Positions 1-10,425 of a stretch of DNA of 44,392 nucleotides are shown here, in pieces. The notes beneath the pieces are model-generated. The model saw only the letters and a program-made list of their open reading frames with translations, was not told the origin of the DNA and searched no databases. A program made the position numbers and the translations under genes. The DNA is from Alphaproteobacteria bacterium UBA3637 (GTDB taxonomy: Bacteria; Pseudomonadota; Alphaproteobacteria; CAAHEQ01; UBA3637), in NCBI GenBank assembly GCA_002373615.1, contig DFKU01000055.1, positions 1,369-45,760 on the forward strand. The letters run 5' to 3'. How positions within the stretch are numbered: the first letter of the stretch is position 1; each line of letters opens with the position of its first letter.

Positions 1-38
1 AGGATGACAAGAAAGAAAAAAAGGGATTTCATACTGCT

Positions 39-105
39 GGATGCCCGATCTAGTCGGGCATGACAGAAGAATTAAAAAGATCCCCCGTCAAGCGAGGGAT
101 GACGA
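39..105 (+). repeat. Two REP-like palindromes (RGAT-stem-loop-stem-ATGAC) at 39-65 and 78-105, with a partial third copy at 1-9
   Basis: GGATGCCCGAtctagTCGGGCATGACA and AGATCCCCCGtcaagCGAGGGATGACGA. Related copies occur at 9352, 23501, 23848 and 24999. Confidence 0.7.
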
Positions 106-3100
106 TTAGTTTTGGTTTTTCTTCCAGAAAAAGTCAATCAGTTCTTGGAAGAAGACGTAGAGGAGTGGCACGAAGAAGATGCCGACAAAGGAGGCCGCTG
201 CCAATCCGCCAAAGATGGAGGAACCGATGGCACGGCGTGCCAAGGCCCCTGCCCCTGTCGCAAACACCAAAGGCACGAATCCCATCAACGACGAGAATGC
301 TGTCATCATAATGGCACGGAAGCGCATGTGAGCGGCGTTTTGGGCAGCCTCACGCACAGGCACACCCAGGGCATGCTGATCTTTGGAAAATTCCACCAGT
401 AAAATAGCGTTCTTGGCTGCCAAGGCAATCAACACGATAATACCTGCCTGAGCGTACAAATCGTCCGTAATGCCACGCATCCAAATAAGGCCTATCGCCC
501 CAAAGATACCAATCACAATGGAGAGCATCACCGGCATTGGAATCACCCAGCTTTCATAGAGTCCCACCAAGAACAGATATGCAAACACAAACGCCATGGC
601 AAAAATCATGAAAGTTTGGCCAGAAGCGACTTGTTCCTGATAGCTCATCCCTGTCCAAGAATACTGATAGCCTGTGGGCAGGTCTTTGGAGATATCCTCC
701 ATCGCGGTCATGGCGGTTCCTGAGCCCATACCGGCGGCAGGGGAACCTTGAATTTTCACAGCGCGGTAGTTGTTATAGCGTTGAATGCTTTGCGCCCCGA
801 CTGTCCGTTTTACCGTCACCAATGAGCGCAAGGGCACCATTTCGCCACGGTTATTCTTGATATTGATTTTGTAAATATCATCCAAAGTACGGCGCTCCAT
901 AATGTCGCCTTGGACTTCCACTTTCCATGTGTGCCCGTAAAGGTTAAAGTCATTCACATAAGTGCCCCCTAAAACCGTCTGCATGGTTGCAAAGATATCC
1001 GAAATTTGAACACCCAATGCGAAGGCCTTTTTGCGGTCAATTTCCAAACTCACACGCGGAGAGTCGGTTGTGTAAAGCGTATAAACACGCGCCAAACGGG
1101 GGTCTTTATTCGCCTTCATAATAATGCCATAGGCCGTTTGAAGAAGTTCTTCCGGGGTTGCCCCTTCGGTACTTTGAAGCATGTATTCAAAGTCAGAGGA
1201 CAGCGACACACCCATCACCGCCGGCAGGTTAAACGGAATAATGCGGGCTTCCTTGATATCCGCAGTCATGGCCGCCACTTTGCCAATGATGGCATTCACT
1301 TCTTGGTTGGCTTTTGTCCGATCTTTATAGGGCTTTAATTTCACCACAAAGAACGCATTGTTAGAGGAAAGCCCCCCGTTCAACATACTGTAGCCCACCA
1401 CCATCATGGTATCATTGATTTCGGGGACTTGTTTCAAGCGTTCATTGATGGTTTCGGCGATTTTATGGGTACGGTTCCAGCTGGCCCCCGAGGGAAGCTG
1501 GACGTCCATCATAAAAGAGCCTTGATCCTCGGCCGGCAAAAAGCCCGTCGGGGTGGTCTTGAACAAAATCCAAGCCCCTAAGCCGAACAAAGCAATAATT
1601 AGCAAAACACCCTTGGAGAGAGGAATAATCTTCCCCACCGTTGAAGAATAGATATTGCGCATAAAATCAATGCCGTTCATCAGCTTTTGAATCAGCCAGA
1701 AAGGCTTTTGATTCGGGCGCATGATAATGGTGGCAACCGCAGGACTTAACGTCAAAGAGTTCAATCCTGAAATCACCATGGCTGACGAAATTGCAATAGC
1801 AAATTGACGGTACAAAATCCCTGAAATTCCTGGTGTAAAGGCGACCGGCACAAACACAGCCAGCAACACTAAGGTAATGGCGATAATCGGCCCTGTAATA
1901 CGGTCCATGGACTTTTTCACGGCCTCAGGAGGGGTGAGTTCGGGGTGCTGACTCATCATCGTTTCCACGTCTTCCACCACCACAATGGCGTCGTCCACCA
2001 CAATACCGATAGCCAAAACCAGCGCCAATAATGAAATGGTATTCGCGGTCACACCAAAAATACTCATCCCAATAAAGGCCCCAATCAAAGACACCGGGAT
2101 AGCCAAAGTCGGAATTAAGGTGGCACGCATTGTCCCCAAGAACACAAAGGTAATCAGCACAATCAAAACAAAGGCTTCAAAAATTGTTTGATAAATTTCA
2201 TCCAAAGACATTTGAACGAATTCGGCACTGTCATAAAGCGTAGCCATGTGCATACCCTTGGGCATACGCTTTTCCAAACGCTTGATTGTTTTATCCAATT
2301 CTTGCGCCACACTAACCGCATTAGAGCCTGGGGATTGATAAATTGCCATACCGGCAGAAGGTTGACCGTTGTAATAGCCGCGCACCTCTTGTGATTCCGG
2401 ACCCAATTCAATGCGCGCAATATCCTTTAACAAAAGGTAAGAGCCATCTTTATTCGCACGAATCACGATTTCACCAAATTCTTCAGGGGTAGAAAGACGC
2501 CCTTTTGTGGTTAAAGAAAATTGAAATTGTTGGTCATCTGTAGACGGCATCACCCCGATACGTCCCAAAGGCGCCTGGATATTTTGATTCCGAATAGCAG
2601 CCAAAACTTCGTTCGTGGAAAGCTTTAAACTTTTAAGTTTATCATTGTTGAGCCAAATACGCATACTATAGTTCAAGGAGGAGAACACAAATACTTCCCC
2701 TACCCCGTTGGTACGCGCAAGTTCATCCTTCACATTCAAAAGCGCATAGTTCGTCAAAAATTCACCGTCATGCTTGGGGTCATCCGAAACCAGCGAGAGG
2801 ACTTGCAACATAGAAGGCATACGAGCTTGAACCACAACCCCTTGACGTTGAACTTCCTCGGGGAGCAAAGCTTCCACTTGCTTTAAACGGTTTTGGACGT
2901 TCACGGCGTTCATGTTGGAATCTGTCCCAATTTCAAAGGTGACCGTTAAACGATAAGAGCCGTCATCCCCACTGGACGAGCTCATATAAATCATATTTTC
3001 AACACCGTTCACTGCAGATTCAATTTGTTGAGCGACTGTCGATTCCACCACATCCGAACTGGCCCCCGGGTAAGTCGCACTGACTTGCACCGAAGGCGGC

Positions 3101-3219
3101 GTGATATTCGGGTATTGTTCCACAGGGATAGAGGACAACACCAACAACCCAGCCATCACAATAACAATAGAAATCACTGAGGCTAAACGTGGCCGTTTAA
3201 TAAATGCATCTGCAATCAT
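106..3219 (-). CDS. RND efflux transporter permease subunit (AcrB/HAE1 family)
   Basis: 1037 aa with N-terminal FIKRP, '[11 protein letters not shown]', '[13 protein letters not shown]', '[10 protein letters not shown]' and 'RFRAIMMT' motifs. Confidence 0.97.
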   Translation of the reverse strand: MIADAFIKRPRLASVISIVIVMAGLLVLSSIPVEQYPNITPPSVQVSATYPGASSDVVESTVAQQIESAVNGVENMIYMSSSSGDDGSYRLTVTFEIGTDSNMNAVNVQNRLKQVEALLPEEVQRQGVVVQARMPSMLQVLSLVSDDPKHDGEFLTNYALLNVKDELARTNGVGEVFVFSSLNYSMRIWLNNDKLKSLKLSTNEVLAAIRNQNIQAPLGRIGVMPSTDDQQFQFSLTTKGRLSTPEEFGEIVIRANKDGSYLLLKDIARIELGPESQEVRGYYNGQPSAGMAIYQSPGSNAVSVAQELDKTIKRLEKRMPKGMHMATLYDSAEFVQMSLDEIYQTIFEAFVLIVLITFVFLGTMRATLIPTLAIPVSLIGAFIGMSIFGVTANTISLLALVLAIGIVVDDAIVVVEDVETMMSQHPELTPPEAVKKSMDRITGPIIAITLVLLAVFVPVAFTPGISGILYRQFAIAISSAMVISGLNSLTLSPAVATIIMRPNQKPFWLIQKLMNGIDFMRNIYSSTVGKIIPLSKGVLLIIALFGLGAWILFKTTPTGFLPAEDQGSFMMDVQLPSGASWNRTHKIAETINERLKQVPEINDTMMVVGYSMLNGGLSSNNAFFVVKLKPYKDRTKANQEVNAIIGKVAAMTADIKEARIIPFNLPAVMGVSLSSDFEYMLQSTEGATPEELLQTAYGIIMKANKDPRLARVYTLYTTDSPRVSLEIDRKKAFALGVQISDIFATMQTVLGGTYVNDFNLYGHTWKVEVQGDIMERRTLDDIYKINIKNNRGEMVPLRSLVTVKRTVGAQSIQRYNNYRAVKIQGSPAAGMGSGTAMTAMEDISKDLPTGYQYSWTGMSYQEQVASGQTFMIFAMAFVFAYLFLVGLYESWVIPMPVMLSIVIGIFGAIGLIWMRGITDDLYAQAGIIVLIALAAKNAILLVEFSKDQHALGVPVREAAQNAAHMRFRAIMMTAFSSLMGFVPLVFATGAGALARRAIGSSIFGGLAAASFVGIFFVPLLYVFFQELIDFFWKKNQN

Positions 3220-3228
3220 TTTTCCCCC

Positions 3229-4341
3229 TTATTCTGAAATGTTTGCTTTCACTGTGGCATCCGGTGCAATTTTTTGGAACCCGTCTGTCACAACAACTTC
3301 ACCAGCCTTTAAGCCCGATGTCACTTCGTACAAAAAGTCAGGCAAATCCATTCCTGTTGTAATGGTGCGCTTTTCAATTTTGTTATCGGGTGTCACCACA
3401 TAGACAAAAGCTGACGCTTTATCATGTTGAACAGCACGTTGCGGAATAGTCAAAATTTGAACTGGCTTTGTGCCTTTTAACAAAATACGTCCATATTGTC
3501 CGGAGATGAGTTTTCCTTCCGGATTAGCAAAGGAAGCCTTCATTTTTAAGGTATTCATCTGTTCATCCAAAACGACATCGACAAAATCCACCTTACCCAC
3601 GATAGGATATTCGCGTTCATCCGAAAAAATAAAGTGAGCTGCAACTTCTTCCGTATTGGGGAATTGGTGTCTGAGTTGCATCAATTGATTTTCACTGACG
3701 GAAAACACGGCATCAATGGGGTCAATTTTAACGACTTGTGCTAACACACCTGAATTCGGGCCAATTAATTCACCCACGGAAAAAGTAGATTCCCCAACTT
3801 TACCATCCATTGGGGCACGAATAACTGTGTAATCCAAATCTTGCTTTGCCACATCCAACATCGCTTGCATTTGATTGACTGTAGCTTTGGCGGAATCATA
3901 AGCGGCCTCAACTTCATCCAATTTGGCTTTACTGACATCCTTTGTTTGGTAGAGCTTTTTAGTGCGGTCGTATTGGCTGGTCGCATTTTTGGCGGCTGCG
4001 ACAGCTTTTTCATAATTTGCCTCAGCAGATTTGACCGCAGATTCATAATTCACTTGTTCAATAATGAAAAGGGGTTGATCCTTTTTCACAATATCCCCTT
4101 CTTGAAACAGACGTTCTTGCAAAAAGCCGGAAACACGGGCACGCAGAGCCACTTTATCTTGACTTTCAATTTTTGCCACAAAGCTGGCTTCAGGATAGCT
4201 TTCGGATTCACTTAAGCGCACAGCATCCACCACTGGAATTTGTTGTTGTTGAGGGGCCCCCGGACGCGTCACGCGCCAAGCGTAATATCCCACTACAATC
4301 AATAAGATAACAATAATTCCCCAAAAGATTTTTTTTAACAT
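3229..4341 (-). CDS. RND efflux periplasmic adaptor (membrane fusion protein, AcrA family)
   Basis: N-terminal TM anchor, 'LRARVSGFL', coiled-coil hairpin and 'LDYTVIRAPMDG'. Lies directly upstream of the RND permease. Confidence 0.95.
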   Translation of the reverse strand: MLKKIFWGIIVILLIVVGYYAWRVTRPGAPQQQQIPVVDAVRLSESESYPEASFVAKIESQDKVALRARVSGFLQERLFQEGDIVKKDQPLFIIEQVNYESAVKSAEANYEKAVAAAKNATSQYDRTKKLYQTKDVSKAKLDEVEAAYDSAKATVNQMQAMLDVAKQDLDYTVIRAPMDGKVGESTFSVGELIGPNSGVLAQVVKIDPIDAVFSVSENQLMQLRHQFPNTEEVAAHFIFSDEREYPIVGKVDFVDVVLDEQMNTLKMKASFANPEGKLISGQYGRILLKGTKPVQILTIPQRAVQHDKASAFVYVVTPDNKIEKRTITTGMDLPDFLYEVTSGLKAGEVVVTDGFQKIAPDATVKANISE

Positions 4342-4461
4342 TTTTTCTCCTTCTTTATCTGTTGAATTAAAGTGAATTTAGCATTTTTTTTTAAAAATAT
4401 CTAGCTTTTTTTAAAAAAATCGTCTTAAATGTCAAAAAAGGTTCAAAAAAGGGAGGTACCT

Positions 4462-5388
4462 ATGATTACACAAAAAGATAAAAACAAGTTATTGAAAAAC
4501 AACAAAAATCAAAAACATGTTTTTGTGGCCGGCGGGTCCCGTTTGGGAAAAAATCCCATTTATGAAAAGGAAGTCTATCGTTTGGGAAAAGAGATTGGCA
4601 AGCAAAATTATCAGCTGTCTTTTGGCCTGTCCAGTCGTGGAATTATGGGGGCTGTCGCCAAGGGTGTACAAGAAAGTTGGTCCGATAAATCACGCAAGCC
4701 GATTATCGGTGTGACAACTGATGCCTATTTAAAACGCTATGATACCGAAAAAGAGTTAGAAGAAGTTTCCGAAATTGTGGTTGCCCATACTTTGGAAGAA
4801 AGGAAAAAAGAGTTATTAAAATCTGAATTCATTATTTTTGCCCCAGGAGGAGCCGGCACTTTGGATGAACTCGCCTTTGATTGCGTTGCCATGCAAGACG
4901 GATTGATTCCCATAAAACCTTTTGTGATGTTTAATGTAGAAAATTTTTTCCACCATATCTTAGAATACTTAAAAGAAATTCACTTAAAAGGTTTCGCGGA
5001 CTTTTTCCCCTTTATTGTCGTAGATAATGCCTTTGAGGCCAGCGTCGCCTTTGATATGATTGGCATCAAGTGTGGCAAAAAATTGTCCAACAATAAAATG
5101 CAAGAAATGATAGAAGGTATTGTATATGATTTGCCCTATGTGATTGAAAAGCGTATGGAAAATCCTGACACATCAACTGCTGAAATTTTAAAACAGATGG
5201 ACAAAGAATTGAAAAACAAAAACAGAAATGTGGTCAGAAACCTGTGCAAAGACATTGAAACTGCTTATTTAAATAAAGAGATAAACAGAATGTATGGCCG
5301 GTTAGAAAAATCAGCGCGGGATATTGCTGATGTCAGCCATAAGTTAATGCGGTTAAAAAAAAGGTACAAAGTAGCGGAGAATTATTAA
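4462..5388 (+). CDS. LOG family (SLOG) nucleotide phosphoribohydrolase-like protein with a C-terminal helical extension
   Basis: 'GIMGAVAKG', 'LEERK' and 'PGGAGTLDE' motifs. Start moved to ATG 4462 behind GGGAGG. Confidence 0.85.
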   Translation: MITQKDKNKLLKNNKNQKHVFVAGGSRLGKNPIYEKEVYRLGKEIGKQNYQLSFGLSSRGIMGAVAKGVQESWSDKSRKPIIGVTTDAYLKRYDTEKELEEVSEIVVAHTLEERKKELLKSEFIIFAPGGAGTLDELAFDCVAMQDGLIPIKPFVMFNVENFFHHILEYLKEIHLKGFADFFPFIVVDNAFEASVAFDMIGIKCGKKLSNNKMQEMIEGIVYDLPYVIEKRMENPDTSTAEILKQMDKELKNKNRNVVRNLCKDIETAYLNKEINRMYGRLEKSARDIADVSHKLMRLKKRYKVAENY

Positions 5389-7179
5389 ATGGACTTTATC
5401 AACTTACCAATTTTATTGTTTTCAATTTTATTGTGTGTTAGTATTTTAACCAGCCTTTTATCGGGGCGTATCGGCATCCCTTTGATTTTAGTATTTTTAT
5501 GCATAGGGGTAATCACAGGGGCTGGAAACTTGGAAATGTTACAAACCCTGCAGCACCCGCGTATTTTATTTTTTGTGGGATCTATTGCTTTAGCCATGAT
5601 TTTGTTTGACAGTGGCTTTCAAACCCCCATCAAAAGCTATAAACAAAACGCAAAACCTGCCATTTTTTTGGCAACAGGGGGAGTGGCTTTAACCGCAGCT
5701 TTATTAGCCCCCTTTGTGCATTGGATATTAGGCATTGATTGGTTGTCCAGTTTGTTATTGGTCTCCATCATCAGTTCAACTGATTCGGCGGCAGTGTTCT
5801 TTTTACTCAGGTCAAAAGGCTTGCATTTAAAGGAAAAAATTAAATCTACGTTGGAAATTGAATCAGGCTCTAACGATCCGATGGCGATTTTCTTGACTAT
5901 GTCGTTTATTATGTTGATTCAACAAAAAATGGCGGGAACACCTATTTCTTATGAATTTTTAATCCCGAGTTTGTTGCAACAAGCCTTTATCGGGGGCTTG
6001 ATTGGGTGGGGATTATCATATCTAATCAGGTTTTTAGTCAATAAAATTGTTTTGGATACCGCCCTTTATCCTATCTTTGTTTTAGGATTAGTTTTGTTCG
6101 GATTTTCTGTGGCAAACATATTGGGGGGAAGCGGATTTTTGGCCGTTTATGTGGCTGGTATTTTAGTGGGGAATTCCCGCATTCAGGCCTATACCCAAAT
6201 TTCCAAATTTCAACAAACAATTACATGGCTGAGTCAAATCAGTATGTTCACGTGTTTGGGAATGTTTGTGACCTTTCAAGGATTACAACATGTATGGTCT
6301 TTGGCCTGCTTAATTGCCATCATTTTAATGTTCTTTGCGCGACCCGTTATGATTTTTACTTTATTGGGATTATTTAAAGAATATTCTTTTACGGACAAGT
6401 TGTTCATTTCCTTTGTGGGCCTAAGGGGAGCCACCTCAGTTTTATTGGCTTTAATGCCGTTGGTATTGGGAATTCCGCTGGCTGATGATTTTTTCAATAT
6501 CATCTTTGTGATGGTATTGATTAGTTTAGCGGTACAAGGATTTGCTATTCCTTGGGCAGGAAAAATGTGTGGGGTAACTTTGCCACACCTACAATCTGCC
6601 CCACAAAAAACAGAGATTGATTTGCCCGGACTGAGTGACACTTCGTTGGTTATGTATCAATTAGATGAACAAACCCCCGTCATTCAAGGGGAAAAAATTC
6701 CCCGTTGGGCAAAGCCCACTTTGGTTGTCAGAAATGGAATTTCTTATCCTATGGGAACTGGATTAAAACAATTGAAGTCTGGAGATAAAGTGTATGTATT
6801 CATTTCATCGGAATCGCAAAGACCCGTTTTAGATAAGTTGTTTGGACGCATTAATCCTGATGATAAAAACGATTTTGGGGATTTTCCGATTGCCCCAGAA
6901 ACCCCTTTCGAAGAATTAGAAAAAATTTACGGGATTAAAGTCAACAAAGGCATTCGTTCCTATACCATTTCGGAATTATTTACCCGAGAATTTTCAGATA
7001 TTGAAATTGGCGATAGATTAGTTCTGGATTCTGTAGAATTGGTGGTACATGGGATTCAAGACGGACAAGTGACAGAAGTCGGAATTGATATTGATCCTGC
7101 GGCCCACAGACGACCAAAAATAAAGAAAATTTTCTTCTTTCATAAGAAAAGGGTTGACAAGCAGGAAAAGAAAGGGTAG
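5389..7179 (+). CDS. cvrA: K+/H+ antiporter, CPA1 family (CvrA/NhaP2-like)
   Basis: 'SSTDSAAVF', 'LEIESGSNDPMA' and 'GLRGA' motifs, about 12 TM segments, and cytoplasmic RCK_C-like and CorC-like C-terminal regions. Confidence 0.9.
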   Translation: MDFINLPILLFSILLCVSILTSLLSGRIGIPLILVFLCIGVITGAGNLEMLQTLQHPRILFFVGSIALAMILFDSGFQTPIKSYKQNAKPAIFLATGGVALTAALLAPFVHWILGIDWLSSLLLVSIISSTDSAAVFFLLRSKGLHLKEKIKSTLEIESGSNDPMAIFLTMSFIMLIQQKMAGTPISYEFLIPSLLQQAFIGGLIGWGLSYLIRFLVNKIVLDTALYPIFVLGLVLFGFSVANILGGSGFLAVYVAGILVGNSRIQAYTQISKFQQTITWLSQISMFTCLGMFVTFQGLQHVWSLACLIAIILMFFARPVMIFTLLGLFKEYSFTDKLFISFVGLRGATSVLLALMPLVLGIPLADDFFNIIFVMVLISLAVQGFAIPWAGKMCGVTLPHLQSAPQKTEIDLPGLSDTSLVMYQLDEQTPVIQGEKIPRWAKPTLVVRNGISYPMGTGLKQLKSGDKVYVFISSESQRPVLDKLFGRINPDDKNDFGDFPIAPETPFEELEKIYGIKVNKGIRSYTISELFTREFSDIEIGDRLVLDSVELVVHGIQDGQVTEVGIDIDPAAHRRPKIKKIFFFHKKRVDKQEKKG

Positions 7180-7213
7180 AAAGGAAATTAGATTATTAGA
7201 AAAGGAGTCAAAC

Positions 7214-8146
7214 ATGACAGATATAAAAAGTGACCCATTTTATCAGGAGATTTGTGCTTTAATGGAAGCCAAAAAAGAAAAAGAAATTGATAAATGGAAA
7301 ACAACAAGATTAAAACAGACTAAAAAAGATTATTCAAACGTTTCTGATATACTTCTTTCAAGATATGAAACAGCTTTGGATCAATATGCAAATACGTTAA
7401 AGAGAGCTTATTCTTCCTATCAAGGAACACCGGGGCCTGCACAAAGGGAACGCCTCTTAAGAAAATTAGTTACAACGGACCACAGAAATTTATCCGATGT
7501 TGTTAAGAGTTTGAATTCTGCCAGAACCCAGAACAAGGGAAAAACTTCAAAGAAAAACGGATCTGGATGGTGGGGACATGCGTTGGGTTGTGGTTCATTA
7601 ATTCTTGCATTAACCGGGGTAACGGGTCTATTGATTAAAGGAGATAAAAATAAAACTCAATCAGCTCCATCTGAAACAGATAAACTTCCAGGACGGATAG
7701 AAAATCGCATAAATACTCCAGTTGCACGCCAAGGCCAAACTTTTACAGCAATGGCAACCCAGGAGAGCGGCAGCAGATCTTTATTGGGAAGATTACAATC
7801 TGCAGTAGATCAAAGTATGGAGCATCCATCTTATGTGACAGATGATGCTGTTTTTGATGCGCAAGTAAAAGCCTTACAACGAAGAAATATCATCAGTGGA
7901 TTAGATGTCCAGGGTTCTGCCAATCAAGCTGCCATTGCGGCAAAGATGGCCAGTACCGCAGCATCAAAACGTGATATCAATTATAGCGAACAACGAATGA
8001 AGGTGGACACGATGGAATCTTGGGAAGATGTTAGTCGTTCTGTTGAAAGGACAATGGGTAATTTACGTGGTACAATTCAACAGGCAACGGGCAGTGTCAA
8101 TGCCGCAAGGGATTTCGGTCGTGCTTTCCGAAGTGGAAGAAAATAA
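7214..8146 (+). CDS. Hypothetical protein with a single central TM segment
   Basis: Long ORF with RBS AAGGAG before ATG 7214 and a hydrophobic stretch 'GCGSLILALTGVTGLLI'. No family recognised. Confidence 0.7.
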   Translation: MTDIKSDPFYQEICALMEAKKEKEIDKWKTTRLKQTKKDYSNVSDILLSRYETALDQYANTLKRAYSSYQGTPGPAQRERLLRKLVTTDHRNLSDVVKSLNSARTQNKGKTSKKNGSGWWGHALGCGSLILALTGVTGLLIKGDKNKTQSAPSETDKLPGRIENRINTPVARQGQTFTAMATQESGSRSLLGRLQSAVDQSMEHPSYVTDDAVFDAQVKALQRRNIISGLDVQGSANQAAIAAKMASTAASKRDINYSEQRMKVDTMESWEDVSRSVERTMGNLRGTIQQATGSVNAARDFGRAFRSGRK

Positions 8147-8205
8147 CGACTTGCAAAATAAAAAAAGTGTGGTACAATAGAGATATTAAAAAAAAGGAGA
8201 AATAA

Positions 8206-9306
8206 ATGAACAAAAAACAACTTTTAATGGCTTCAACGATTTGTATGGTTTCTATGATGGCTTTTGCAGAGCCCGTGGAAGTAAAACAAATTCCTGCTGA
8301 GCAAATTTCTTTAGAACAAAAATCAGCTCCAACTGTCTATCAAAAACAAACAGTGGTACGCTATAATGTACCAACTTGTAAAAATTGCAGAACAACAACA
8401 ACCGTAAATCGTGTTGTCGCTTCCGGTGAACCTGTTATGGCGCCAGTTCCATGTCCAAGTGGTACCTGTGGTTCTGTGGCACCTGTAACTTATAAAGCAC
8501 CACAACCTAAATCTTGTGTATATGACAACCACAAATATGCCATTGCCAACCCCTTGTTTGTTTTAAAGAAAGGGCAATTCAGTTCGGATACTGTGGCCGG
8601 ATATTGGGTGCAACCGAAGAAAATTGGCGATTATTTATACACAGATCCTGCTTCAGGAGAGGATATGTATGCGTTAAGAGGGCGTTTTGATGGATGGCAA
8701 GTGGCTGAACAAATCATGTACGGGATTACCGATTGGTTATCTGTAAAATTACAAGGGGGTTATCAGGCCAATCGTCCCAAAAAGAGCACTTGGAATTTAG
8801 CCGAAGATACAAAAGGGACCCCTGTTCCCCATAATTATTCTTATGATGGCACTGTCGGATTGCAAGCGCATGCTGTTGATACCTGCAATTTTGATGTGAT
8901 TGTCGGTGTGGATGCCACATGGGGGAAAACAGGTTATAAGCAAGGGGATTGCAAAGATTCTGAAAATTACAAATTGGTGACACCTTATGCCATCATCGGC
9001 GGACAAGTCACAAAATATGTGACACCTTATTTGCAAGCAGGGTACAGTTTTGCCGTGGATACCAAAAAAGAAGTTGCGGATGATGCTTATGCCTTGCAAC
9101 CCGGGTTTTACATTCAACCCAGCAAATATTTTGCCATTCATCCTTATATCAACAAGGTTGAACATGAAAAACCGGAATGGAATTTGGCCTTGGATTTTTA
9201 TCCGTATCAAAACTTGGTCGTGGGTATAGAAGGAAGTGCTGTATCTTGGACGCATGATCCGATGGATAATTATGGTATTTCTGGTCATGTTAAAATGACG
9301 TTCTGA
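8206..9306 (+). CDS. Putative outer-membrane beta-barrel protein
   Basis: Signal peptide (…MMAFA|E), amphipathic beta-strand pattern, C-terminal Phe (…GHVKMTF), strong RBS, own promoter and terminator. Confidence 0.75.
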   Translation: MNKKQLLMASTICMVSMMAFAEPVEVKQIPAEQISLEQKSAPTVYQKQTVVRYNVPTCKNCRTTTTVNRVVASGEPVMAPVPCPSGTCGSVAPVTYKAPQPKSCVYDNHKYAIANPLFVLKKGQFSSDTVAGYWVQPKKIGDYLYTDPASGEDMYALRGRFDGWQVAEQIMYGITDWLSVKLQGGYQANRPKKSTWNLAEDTKGTPVPHNYSYDGTVGLQAHAVDTCNFDVIVGVDATWGKTGYKQGDCKDSENYKLVTPYAIIGGQVTKYVTPYLQAGYSFAVDTKKEVADDAYALQPGFYIQPSKYFAIHPYINKVEHEKPEWNLALDFYPYQNLVVGIEGSAVSWTHDPMDNYGISGHVKMTF

Positions 9307-9325
9307 TAAAAAAGGATTCCCTGTT

Positions 9326-9352
9326 AAACCGCCCTGAGGGGCGGTTTTTTTG
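9326..9352 (+). terminator. Rho-independent terminator
   Basis: AAACCGCCC-tgag-GGGCGGTTT followed by a T run, after the OMP gene. Confidence 0.85.
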
Positions 9353-9380
9353 GATCCCCGGGATAACCGCAAGGATGACA
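9352..9380 (+). repeat. Degenerate REP-like palindrome
   Basis: GGATCCCCGGgataaCCGCAAGGATGACA, with the same ends as the copies at 39-105. Confidence 0.5.
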
Positions 9381-9450
9381 ACAAAATAGAACAAGTTTTT
9401 TATTATTTTTTCATATTGCTTTTTAGATAAAAAGATTTTATATTGAAAGT

Positions 9451-10425
9451 ATGTTTTCATTTTTAAGTCCTTTAGTCGCTTTGTTATTACCCCTACCCTG
9501 GATTATCAGGCGTTTTTTAAAACCGGTTCCTGAAAATAGCATAAAAACGGGGGCAATTAAGGTTCCTTTTTTTGGACGATTAAAAAAAATATCAGGCAAA
9601 AGCATAGGAACAACAAAGAAAAATCCGTTGTGGACCATTTTGGCTTGGGTACTTTTGGTGATGGCGGCCATGCGCCCTGTGTGGCTGGGAAGTCCTATTT
9701 CAATTCATAATAATGCGAGAAACATTATGTTGGCTTTGGATGTATCCGGATCCATGAGCGAAGAAGACTTTGACGTTCAGGGACGCCCTGTAACACGATT
9801 GGATATGTTAAAGGCTTTGACAGATGATTTCATCAAAAGCCGTGGCGGTGACAATATCGGATTAGTTATTTTTGGATCAGAGGCCTATATCTATGCCCCT
9901 CTTTCCCCCGATATTAAAACATTAAGGGAACTGAACAGTGAAATTGGGATTGGGATTGCAGGTACACAGACTGCCATTGGGGAAGCTTTGGCGTTGGCGA
10001 CGCAAAACAGTGCCTCGGTTCCAGCCGAAAGTCGCATCGTTATTTTAATGTCAGATGGGTATCAAAATGCAGGCTCTGTCAATGTGGAGGATGGTCTAAA
10101 GTTAGCCAAAAATCAAGGCATTAAAGTTTACACGGTTGGCATTGGTTCCAGCGCAAAATTAGTTCAAGATTTTTTTGGAACTATTCAGGTGAATCCGTCC
10201 TTGGATTTAGATGAAGAAACTTTAAAAAAAATTGCCAATGAAACAGGAGGGCAATACTTCCGCGCCAAAACAACAGAAGATTTAAGTGAAATTTATGATA
10301 AAATCAATGAATTAGAGCCCATTGAGCAAAATGAAAATTTGATACGCCCCAGAAAAGAATTGTTTTATTGGCCATTGATAGTAGGTATGCTTTGTTATTT
10401 ATTGGCATTGAGGAGGCGTGTATGA
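9451..10425 (+). CDS. batA: BatA-like vWA domain membrane protein
   Basis: N-terminal 'LLLPLP', MIDAS 'DVSGSM', 'TRL', 'TAIGEAL', 'LMSDG' and 'LDEETLKKIA' motifs. Confidence 0.85.
   Translation: MFSFLSPLVALLLPLPWIIRRFLKPVPENSIKTGAIKVPFFGRLKKISGKSIGTTKKNPLWTILAWVLLVMAAMRPVWLGSPISIHNNARNIMLALDVSGSMSEEDFDVQGRPVTRLDMLKALTDDFIKSRGGDNIGLVIFGSEAYIYAPLSPDIKTLRELNSEIGIGIAGTQTAIGEALALATQNSASVPAESRIVILMSDGYQNAGSVNVEDGLKLAKNQGIKVYTVGIGSSAKLVQDFFGTIQVNPSLDLDEETLKKIANETGGQYFRAKTTEDLSEIYDKINELEPIEQNENLIRPRKELFYWPLIVGMLCYLLALRRRV

Noticed and set aside
60-4215. Multiple 60-125 aa ORFs antisense or out of frame to the RND genes (and similar ones over gap, eptA and the MTases)
   Set aside because: These are shadow ORFs of long, well-supported genes, with no RBS or recognisable motifs.
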